Assembly (NCBI GenBank): GCA_965199955.1
Contig: CBDATQ010000003.1
Coordinates: 113,594-177,593 of the forward strand
Length of the DNA stretch: 64,000 nucleotides
Origin: Spirochaetia bacterium
Lineage (GTDB): Bacteria; Spirochaetota; Spirochaetia; SZUA-6; Bin103
Direction: 5' to 3'
A model generated the notes under the pieces. It did no database searches, was not told where the DNA came from, and saw only the letters and a program-made list of their open reading frames with translations. Made by a program: the position numbers and the translations under genes. Below, piece by piece: positions 56,363 through 64,000 of the stretch (positions are counted from its first letter, which is position 1; each line of letters begins with the position of its first letter).

Positions 56363-59300
56363 ATGGACCCGACCGAAAGACGACCGCCGCTCGCGGACGA
56401 GCCACTGCCGACCCGCTACGAGCACGCCACGGCCGAGCGGGAGGCGACCGAGCGCTGGACGGCCGCGCGCGCGTTCAGCGCGACCCCCGACGGCCGCGAA
56501 GGCCGCTACGTGGTGATGATGCCGCTGCCCAACGTCACCGGCGCCCTGCACATGGGACACGCCATGGACAACGTCATGCAGGACCTCCTGATCCGCTGGC
56601 ACCGGATGCTGGGCGACAACACGCTGTGGATGGCCGGCACCGACCACGCCGGCATCGCCACGCAGGCCGTGATCGAGCGGCGCCTGCTGGAGCTGGAGGG
56701 CAAGACCCGCCACGACATCGGCCGCGACGCCCTGGTGCAGCGCATCTGGGAGTGGAAGGACCGCTACCAGCAGCGCATCGTCGAGCAGCAGCGGGCGATG
56801 GGCTGCTCCTGCGATTGGGACCGGCAGCGCTTCACCATGGACGCGGTCTGCTCGCGCGCCGTGCGCCACACCTTCCTGGCGCTGTTCCGCGACGGGCTCG
56901 TGTTTCGCGGCACGCGGCTGGTCAACTGGGACTGCGCCCTGCGCACCGCGGTCTCCGACGACGAGATCGGCTACCGCACCGTGGACGGCGCCTACTGGCA
57001 CCTGCGCTACCCCGTGATCGACCCCGAGCCGGGCGAGCCCGCCCACGTGGTGGTGGCCACCACCCGCCCGGAGACCATGCTCGGCGACACCGCCGTCGCC
57101 TGCCATCCCGACCCGCGCGCGGCGCTCGAACGCGCCATCGAGCGCCTGGCCGAGCGCGCCGCCCGCGCCCCGCAACGCGAGCGGCCGGCCCTGGAGGAGC
57201 AGCTCGCCGGGCTCCGCCGGCGTCGCGAGACCCACCTGGACGGCCTGGTCCGGCTGGCGGAGATGGCGGCGGCCGGCCGCCTGATCCGACTGCCCCTGCT
57301 GGACCGCGAGATCCCGCTGATCACCGACGAGTGGGCCAAGCCCGAGGTGGGCTCCGGCTGCGTGAAGATCACGCCCGGCCACGACCCCAACGACTACGAG
57401 GTGTGGCAGCGCCACCAGGACCGCATCGGCCTGATCAACATCCTGCAGCCGGACGGCACCCTGAACGGCGAGGCCGGCCCCTACGCCGGCCTCGACCGCG
57501 AGGAGGCACGCACGCGCGTGGTGGCCGACCTCCAGAGCGCCGGCCTGCTGGACCGGATCGAGCCGCACTGGATCGAGATCGGCCACTCCGACCGCTCCGG
57601 CACCGCCATCGAGCCCTACCTGTCGCGGCAGTGGTACCTGCGCATGGGCGACGTGCCCGGCGGCGTCACCGTGGGGCGCGGCACCGCCAACGAGGCCACC
57701 GTCCCCGGCCTGGCGCAGGTGGCGATCGACGCGGTGGCAGGCCGCTGGCGGTCGCCGACCGGGCGCAAGCTCGCCTTCTTCCCGGACGACCGCTACGCGC
57801 GCACCTACCTGGACTGGCTGGGCGAGAAGCGCGACTGGAACATCAGCCGGCAGCTCTGGTGGGGACACCAGATCCCGATCTGGACCGCGCGCTGCACGGG
57901 CGGCCGGCTCCGGCAGGCGCTCGATCTGGCCGGGCGCCTCGGCGGCCGCGAGGACGTGGCCGTGCAGCTCCGCGAGGTCACCGACGCGATCGGCCGCGAG
58001 GGCGGCTCCCTCACGGTGGGCGAGGCGGCCGCGGCGCCCGCGTCCGCCGAGGTGGAGATCGACCTCTGCCTGCGCGACGCGGAGGCGGAGCGCGAGCTGG
58101 CGGAGGAGCTGGCCGAGCTCGGCTTCGAGCAGGACCCGGACGTGCTGGACACCTGGTTCTCCAGCGCGCTGTGGCCGCACAGCACCCTGGGATGGCCCGA
58201 TCCCGGCGACGCTCCGGTCGACCCCGGCCAGCCCCCGCTCGGCGCCGACGGCGGCGGCGAGGACTGCCTGAGCTACTACTACCCCGGCTCCTGCCTGGTG
58301 ACCGGCCGCGACATCATCACCTTGTGGGTGGCGCGCATGGTGATCGCCGGCATGTACAACCTGGGCGACCTGCCGTTCGAGCACTGCTTCGTGCACGCCA
58401 ACATCCTGGACGGCAAGGGCGAGATGATGAGCAAGTCGGCCGGCAACGGCATCGACCCGGTCGACATCATCGAGCGCTACGGCGCCGACGCCCTGCGCTA
58501 CGTGATGTGCGAGCTGCAGACCGGCAGCCAGGACATCCGCCTGCCGGTGCAGGCCGTGTCGCCGTTCACGGGCAAGACCATCGAGCTGGCCACCGCCGAG
58601 CACGGCCAGACCATCTTCACCTACCTGTGCCCGGACACCGGCAAGGAGTTCGACGTGCTGGGCACCATGCCCGACCTGCCGGGGGCGACCCTGATCAGCG
58701 ACCGCTTCGACGTCGGCCGCTCCTTCTGCACCAAGCTCTGGAACGCGGCCCGCTTCGCGTTCATCAGCCTGCGCGGCTACCGCCACCGGGACTTGGCGCT
58801 CGGCGAGCTTGAGAGCGAGGACCGCTGGATCCTGTCGCGCCTGTCGCGCACCTGCGCGGCGGTGCAGGAGCAACTCTCAAGCTACCGTCCGTCGGCCGCG
58901 CTGGCCGCCGTGCGCGAGTTCTTCTGGGGCGACCTCTGCGACTGGTATCTGGAGCTGATCAAGCCGCGGCTGTCCGGCGCCGCTGACGCGGACGATGCGG
59001 ACGCCGATGCGGCCCGCCAGACCGTGGCGGCCGTGCTGGACGGTACGCTGCGCCTGCTGCAGCCGTTCGTGCCGTTCATCAGCGAGACCCTGTGGGCGCG
59101 CCTGCGCGAGCTGGCGCCGCGCCGCGGCATCGCCGGCTGGCAGCCGGCCGACGCGGAGCTGCTGGCTGTCGCGGACTGGCCGCGGCCGGACGCGCGCCTC
59201 GAGGACGCGGCGCTGGAAGCCGGCGTGGACCGGCTGCGCGGCGTCGCCCGCGCGGTCCGTGACCTGCGCGCCCGGCACGGCGTGGAGGCGCGCAAGCTGC

Positions 59301-59683
59301 TCGACGCCATCATCCGGCCCACCGGCGACGGCGGCGGGCGTTCCCTGCTGGACGCCTACGAGGGGCTGATCCGCCGCGCGGCCGGCCTGCGGTCGCTCCG
59401 CTTCGCCGCCGGGGGCGCGCCCCCGGCAGGCTCCGCATCCGCAGTCGTCGGCGATCACGAGATCCACCTGCTGGACGTGGTCGATGTCGAGGTGGAGCGG
59501 CAGCGCCTGGCCAAGCAGCGCGACCGCCTGCAGAAGCAGGTCGACGGCTCGGAGCGGAAGCTGGCGAACCAGGGCTTCCTGAACAACGCCGCCGCCGAAG
59601 TGGTCGAGCGCGAGCGGCAGCGCCTGGCCGACGCCCGCATCGAGCTGCAGGCCGTGCAGCAGAACCTGAGCCACCTGACCTGA
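56363..59683 (+). CDS. valS: Valine--tRNA ligase
   Basis: PNVTGALHMGH, GTDHAGIATQ, ATTRPETMLGD, DWNISRQLWWGH, DVLDTWFSS, MSKS, C-terminal coiled-coil arm. Confidence 0.98.
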   Translation: MDPTERRPPLADEPLPTRYEHATAEREATERWTAARAFSATPDGREGRYVVMMPLPNVTGALHMGHAMDNVMQDLLIRWHRMLGDNTLWMAGTDHAGIATQAVIERRLLELEGKTRHDIGRDALVQRIWEWKDRYQQRIVEQQRAMGCSCDWDRQRFTMDAVCSRAVRHTFLALFRDGLVFRGTRLVNWDCALRTAVSDDEIGYRTVDGAYWHLRYPVIDPEPGEPAHVVVATTRPETMLGDTAVACHPDPRAALERAIERLAERAARAPQRERPALEEQLAGLRRRRETHLDGLVRLAEMAAAGRLIRLPLLDREIPLITDEWAKPEVGSGCVKITPGHDPNDYEVWQRHQDRIGLINILQPDGTLNGEAGPYAGLDREEARTRVVADLQSAGLLDRIEPHWIEIGHSDRSGTAIEPYLSRQWYLRMGDVPGGVTVGRGTANEATVPGLAQVAIDAVAGRWRSPTGRKLAFFPDDRYARTYLDWLGEKRDWNISRQLWWGHQIPIWTARCTGGRLRQALDLAGRLGGREDVAVQLREVTDAIGREGGSLTVGEAAAAPASAEVEIDLCLRDAEAERELAEELAELGFEQDPDVLDTWFSSALWPHSTLGWPDPGDAPVDPGQPPLGADGGGEDCLSYYYPGSCLVTGRDIITLWVARMVIAGMYNLGDLPFEHCFVHANILDGKGEMMSKSAGNGIDPVDIIERYGADALRYVMCELQTGSQDIRLPVQAVSPFTGKTIELATAEHGQTIFTYLCPDTGKEFDVLGTMPDLPGATLISDRFDVGRSFCTKLWNAARFAFISLRGYRHRDLALGELESEDRWILSRLSRTCAAVQEQLSSYRPSAALAAVREFFWGDLCDWYLELIKPRLSGAADADDADADAARQTVAAVLDGTLRLLQPFVPFISETLWARLRELAPRRGIAGWQPADAELLAVADWPRPDARLEDAALEAGVDRLRGVARAVRDLRARHGVEARKLLDAIIRPTGDGGGRSLLDAYEGLIRRAAGLRSLRFAAGGAPPAGSASAVVGDHEIHLLDVVDVEVERQRLAKQRDRLQKQVDGSERKLANQGFLNNAAAEVVERERQRLADARIELQAVQQNLSHLT

Positions 59684-60963
59684 GCGATCCGGGCAGCGCG
59701 CCGGGACCGCCGGTATCCGGGTGGCAGCTCCTGGCTGCCAGGCCGCGCTTTCGGCGGCTGGTCACCTCCTCGGCGCTGTGGTACGCCACCCGCGCCTACG
59801 AGCTGGTGGTGCTGTCGTGGCTGGTGCTGCAGCTCACCGACTCGGTCGCCGCCGTCGCGGCCCTGGCCGCCGCCCGCGGCCTGCCCATGCTGCTGCTGGC
59901 GTACGTGGGCGGGACGCTGGCCGACCGCGTCTCGCACCTGCACCTGCTGCGCATCACGCAGAGCCTCACCCTGGCCATCGTCGCCGCCTACGCCGCCTAC
60001 CTGGCGCTCGCCGCGCCCGTCCCCTGGAGCGCCCACCTCGTGATCGGGCTGGTCGGGGCGGTGTGGAGCTTCGACTTCGCCAACCGCCGCTCGCTGTACA
60101 CGGAGCTGTTCGAGCCGCGCGAGCTCACCACCGCGGTCCCGGTCGACACGATCACGTTCACCGCCGGCCTGATCGCCGGGCCGCTGATCGCCGGCGTCCT
60201 CACCCGCACCGGCGGTTTCGCGGTCGCCTACGCGGGGCTGGCCGTCATGCACGCCGCCTCGCTCGTCCTCCTCCCCGCCGGCGGGCAGCGCCCGCCGCGG
60301 CCGGCCGCGGCCCCGGAGCGGCTGTCGATCGCCGCACGCCTGCGCGACGGGCTGGCCACGCTGCGCGGCCAGCGCGCCCTGCAGGCGACGGTGGCGGTCA
60401 CCCTGGTCTCCAACTTCTTCGCGTTCCCGTTCCACCAGATGGTGCCGGTGATCGCCCGCGAGGTGCTGGCGGCCGACGCGCTGCGCTTCGGGATCCTGGT
60501 GACCGCGTGGGGAGTCGGCGCACTGGCGGGCTCGGTCACCCTGGCCGCGCGCGCCGTCAGGCGGCCGCCGTGGGTGTTCTTCGCCGGCATGTCCAGCCTG
60601 TTCGTCTGCATCTGTGGCTTCGCGCTGTCCGGCGCCTACCTGCTGTCGGTGGGCCTGCTGCTGGCCGGCGGCATCGGCTTCTCCGGCTTCGCGTCCATGC
60701 AGATCCTGATCGCCCTGCGCTCGGCGCCGCAGGCAGCGCGCGGGCGCGCGCTGGGGGTGGTCGGCCTGGCGATCGGAGTCAACCCCCTGGGCAACGTGAT
60801 CCTGGGACTGGTCGCCGAGCAGGTCGGCCCGCAGGCCGCGCTCGCCGGCTTCGCGCTGATCGGGCTCTCCGGACTGGCGCTGGTCCGGTGGCGCTACCCG
60901 GAGCTGGGCCGCCGCGGGGCGGTCAGCGATCCTCCGCCGGAACCTGCGCCGCCGGCGAGCTGA
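59680..60963 (+). CDS. MFS transporter (MFS_3/H+ antiporter-like)
   Basis: GGTLADR motif A and about 12 TM segments. The frame is open upstream of GTG 59806 through ..PRFRRLVTSSALW..; CTG 59680 overlaps the valS stop. Confidence 0.88.
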   Translation: MSDPGSAPGPPVSGWQLLAARPRFRRLVTSSALWYATRAYELVVLSWLVLQLTDSVAAVAALAAARGLPMLLLAYVGGTLADRVSHLHLLRITQSLTLAIVAAYAAYLALAAPVPWSAHLVIGLVGAVWSFDFANRRSLYTELFEPRELTTAVPVDTITFTAGLIAGPLIAGVLTRTGGFAVAYAGLAVMHAASLVLLPAGGQRPPRPAAAPERLSIAARLRDGLATLRGQRALQATVAVTLVSNFFAFPFHQMVPVIAREVLAADALRFGILVTAWGVGALAGSVTLAARAVRRPPWVFFAGMSSLFVCICGFALSGAYLLSVGLLLAGGIGFSGFASMQILIALRSAPQAARGRALGVVGLAIGVNPLGNVILGLVAEQVGPQAALAGFALIGLSGLALVRWRYPELGRRGAVSDPPPEPAPPAS

Positions 60964-61447
60964 AGCGCTCCACGAACGCGGTGTGCACGGCCGGCGGCAC
61001 GTACTTGGCCAGCACCGTCTCCCAGCCGCTGAGCCCGATCAGTCCCTTCACCACGCTGGAGCTCACCTCGGCGATCTCGCGCGGGGGCATCAGAAACACG
61101 GTGACCACGCCCGCGTCCAGGTCGCTGTTGATGTACTTCATCGACCGCTCGTACTGGTAGTCGAGCTCCGTGCGGATGCCGCGCAGCACGAACTCCGCGC
61201 CCCGCGACCGCGCGTACTCCACCAGGAAGCGGTTCTCGTAGGTTTCCACCGTCGCCTTGGTGTGGCCGGCCAGCGAAGCGCGGACCAGCGCGAGGCGCTC
61301 GGCGATCGAGAACTCGTAGCGCTTGTCCGGGTTCGTGCCGATGGCGACGATCAGCTCATCGAACAGCCGCTCCCCCTGCTCCACCACCCACAGGTGGCCG
61401 TTGGTGATCGGGTCGAAGCTGGCCGCGTACACGCATCGCCTGGGCAT
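60923..61447 (-). CDS. coaD: Pantetheine-phosphate adenylyltransferase
   Basis: SFDPITNGH, NPDK..F...ER, RGIR...DYQYE, VSSSVVK. Confidence 0.95.
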   Translation of the reverse strand: MPRRCVYAASFDPITNGHLWVVEQGERLFDELIVAIGTNPDKRYEFSIAERLALVRASLAGHTKATVETYENRFLVEYARSRGAEFVLRGIRTELDYQYERSMKYINSDLDAGVVTVFLMPPREIAEVSSSVVKGLIGLSGWETVLAKYVPPAVHTAFVERFSSPAAQVPAEDR

Positions 61448-61515
61448 GGGCGCATCCCAACCCGGCCGGCGGGCGGTGGTCAAGAAGCCCGCGCCGGCAC
61501 TATGATCGCGCTGTC

Positions 61516-61809
61516 GTGGGTAGCTGCTTCGCGTGCGGCGCGGCGTTCGATCCGGACCTGGAAATATTCCGCACGACCACCTGCCCGAGCTGCGGCAAGG
61601 ACGCTCACGTCTGCCTCAACTGCCGCTTCTACGACAAGTCCGTGCACATGGAGTGCCGGGAGTCGATCGCCGAGCCGGTGGCGCAGAAGGACCGGTCGAA
61701 CTTCTGCGAGTACTTCAAGGTGAGGCAGGAGACCGGCCCCGGCCTGGCCGCCGACGACCGTGCGGACGCTGCCCGCGAAGCGGCCGAGCGCCTGTTCGGC
61801 GGCCTGTAG
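61516..61809 (+). CDS. Small Cys-rich (zinc-binding) hypothetical protein
   Basis: CxxC x3, CRFYD, CRE, NFCEYF, AERLF. Confidence 0.8.
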   Translation: MGSCFACGAAFDPDLEIFRTTTCPSCGKDAHVCLNCRFYDKSVHMECRESIAEPVAQKDRSNFCEYFKVRQETGPGLAADDRADAAREAAERLFGGL

Positions 61810-61990
61810 CTGGCTCGCTGACGGTAGGGTTCGGTGGTAGTTCCAACCACTTTCGCGTTGGTCCTTGACTTCGCTTGAGCAACCCTTCGAAGAAGCGGTA
61901 ACGCAGCCGTTCCCGATCAGAAAGTTCCCTCCGCTGCTGCTTGGCGGTGACCGTTCGGCACGGCGGCGGGAACGGCGGGAGGAGCCGCCA

Positions 61991-62200
61991 CTACGCGGCG
62001 CCCTCCTGGTCGGCGGCCGGAGGGGCTGGCGGGATGCCGTGGCCCTGGAGCAGCCCGCGCAGGTAGGCGAGTTCGGTTTCGACGGCGCGCAGCCTGGTAT
62101 CGAGGGAGGTGACGGCGGCGCGCAGGCCGCCGATCTGGACGGAGAGAAGGCCGCCGAGCGAGACGGCGGCCGCGATGATGGCGATGAGTTCGGCGGACAA
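61991..62200 (-). CDS. Small TM + coiled-coil hypothetical protein
   Basis: TTG start after SD AGGGAGG: (M)SAELIAIIAAAVSLGGLL...LDTRLRAVETELAYLRGLL. Confidence 0.7.
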   Translation of the reverse strand: MSAELIAIIAAAVSLGGLLSVQIGGLRAAVTSLDTRLRAVETELAYLRGLLQGHGIPPAPPAADQEGAA

Positions 62201-62316
62201 GTGAGCCTCCCTGGTGGCGGTGGTATGCGGCCCCCCTATTGCCTCAACTAAGAATCGAACCGTAGCGAGGCCATGCCTCATGAAAGAATCTAACCGAAGG
62301 CGGCGGCGGAAAACGA

Positions 62317-62392
62317 GGGGGGGGGGGGGGGGGGCGCGAGGGGGGAGACTCACAGGCTGTGGATGACTCACAGGCTGTGGATATGTGGATAA
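62317..62392. repeat. G18 homopolymer, two 18-bp direct repeats and a DnaA box
   Basis: G run 62317-62334; gactcacaggctgtggat at 62347-62364 and 62365-62382; TGTGGATAA at 62384-62392. Confidence 0.85.
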
Positions 62393-62730
62393 ACGTGGGC
62401 GGCGGCGTGGCGCGTGCGGCAAGAGTGCTCGCTGCAGACGGTGGCTGCCGTTGCGGAGCTGCGGTCGATCGGCTCGATGATGCGCAAGCCGGCGCCGTCG
62501 TGCTCGATCACCACGGCGCCGGCGGCTTCCAGCGCGGCCAGGGCTGCGCCGGCGCGCATCAAGCGCTTACGGCGGTCCGTGTCCAGGTCGTCATCGTAGG
62601 CAAGCCGCACCAGGTCATCCGGTCCAAGCATCGGCACGCGGTCAGCAGCCGGGTTGCGCTCGAACGCGGGCGGGTTGTCGCGGCCGGCGGGCTCGCCTTC
62701 GGCGCCCAGTCTCACGGCGCGCGGGTCGAT
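62368..62730 (-). pseudogene. Probable C-terminal fragment of a mobile-element protein
   Basis: DPRAV...ERNPAADRVPMLGPDDLVRLAY...LEAAGAVVIE (wHTH-like tail); no SD or clear N-terminus. Confidence 0.35.
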
Positions 62731-63167
62731 CCGTTCCCGCGCCGGCCTCGGTCAGCGCTCGGCGCTCGCTGCGCCACGTGGCAGTCGCGGAACCGCAGAG
62801 CTCGTGATGGACGATTCGGCCGGTCGTGTCGGGCCGCGCGGCGCAGATCGGGCAGGCGGTCACAGGGTCGCCGCTCGCGTCGGCTTCGGCACGGGCTGGC
62901 CGCAAGACTGCACGCCCCCGCGTCTCCGTGCCGGCAGAACGGTAGCGCGGTCGTCATGGGCTCAGCCGGGCGAATTGTCTGGCCGCCGCCTGGTGGCTCA
63001 CCGGCGACGCTCCGGCGGCAGATAGTAACGCCATCTCTGATAGAGTATAATCGAGTACGGTTCTTGTCGTTTGGAACGGCAGAGGCGCCGGGGCCCGATA
63101 CGCATTCACCAGGGTGCTGGCGCAGCGCCACCACGACGTCCGCAATCCAAGTGGAGAGGATATATAC

Positions 63168-64000
63168 ATGACGAGGATGAAGATCGCGATTGTTGTTTCG
63201 CTTACGGCGATGGCCGTAGTCCTGGCCGGGTGCAATCGGATGGTCGAACGGCCGCACACCGACCTCACGGTGATGACGTACAACCTATACATCGGGACCG
63301 AGCTGGCGGGATTGTTCGCCATCACGGACCCGGCGCAGTGCCCGCGGTAATCGATGGAATGTACGACAACGTGGTGGAGTCGGACGTGTCCGCCCGGTTC
63401 GCCGCGATAGCGAAGACGGTCAAGCAAGTGCGACCGCACCTCATCGGGCTGCAGGAGGTGTCCGTGATACGCCACCAGGCGAAACCGGAGTTCAACTTCC
63501 GCGAGATCCTGATGAGCGCTCTGGACGCGGAGGGCCTGAACTACAAGGTCGCGGCGGAGATCGAGAATGCAAAAATCGAGTTTGGCTCAGGGATCACGGA
63601 CTACGACCTGATCCTGGCGCGCGGCGATGTCGAGGTGTCGCGCGCGACGAGTGGGAACTACACGCTGGCGCTACCTCTGTCACTTCCGATCCCGGGGGAC
63701 TACGAAGTTCTGAGAGGATATGCGGCGGTAGACGCGACGGTGGATGGGGTGACGTACCGGGTGGTGAATACCCACCTGGAGGCAACTCTGGAAGCACTCC
63801 CGGAAGCACAGAAACAGGCAACGCAAGCGATTCGAGTCGCCCAGGCACAGGAGCTGGTGGCCAGCCTGAGCGAAGAGACGCTGCCGGTGATCCTGCTGGG
63901 AGACTTCAACACGCCGGCGCCGACCGGACAGGCGTATCAGCTTCTGCTGACCGCGGGATATGAAGACGCTTGGCAGGCGGCCGCTGGGGGAAATGGGAAC
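63168..64000 (+). pseudogene. Endonuclease/exonuclease/phosphatase-family lipoprotein, frameshift near 63338, continues beyond window
   Basis: Lipobox LAGC, VMTYNLY; in the shifted frame PHLIGLQEV, VNTHLE, LLGDFN. Confidence 0.85.

Noticed and set aside
56345..58873. Long antisense or alternate-frame ORFs (e.g. 842 aa here, 746 aa at 10077, 576 aa at 18809)
   Set aside because: Shadow ORFs of high-GC codon bias; no motifs, and they overlap well-supported genes.
61838..61856. ggtagttccaaccacttt as another IS1-like end
   Set aside because: Only the first 6 bp match the IR, and I found no partner end or transposase in the window.
62347..62382. CRISPR array
   Set aside because: Only two abutting 18-bp repeats, no spacers and no cas genes.

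Overview
High-GC bacterial chromosome window. The SBP signal peptide style, MFS-HEAT fusion, TRAP type and expansions of Gfo/Idh/MocA, PhyH and AAA-PD(D/E)XK genes suggest a free-living or sponge-associated Spirochaetaceae-like organism (inference). Core genes: gcvT-H-PA-PB, valS, coaD, crcB, 5-formyl-THF cyclo-ligase, an NhaP-type antiporter, and sugar ABC, TRAP and ABC-2 transporters. Standouts: (1) a 4.1 kb nested transposon (40503-44623) with 18-bp IRs and an 8-bp TSD. This IS1-family element carries a co-oriented cargo (small basic protein, then a DNA methyltransferase-HNH fusion) and DnaA-box motifs near one end; its transposase is split by a 1.7 kb ISNCY-type IS with its own IRs and TSD. 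(2) A six-gene partner-switching locus (9148-16604): orphan membrane sensor, sensor/HAMP-MFS fusion, orphan SBP, PP2C with a degenerate HATPase, STAS and RsbW. (3) Tandem lamin-tail-domain lipoproteins, one apparently an internally deleted paralog of the other. (4) A subtilase with a propeptide-like domain at its C-terminus. (5) Two scars: gene fragments including a PKS dehydratase piece (37.7-39.4 kb), and a poly-G/iteron-like/DnaA-box region (62.3 kb). Several genes are broken by single-base lesions, which may be real or assembly errors. I recognised no tRNA, rRNA or CRISPR array.
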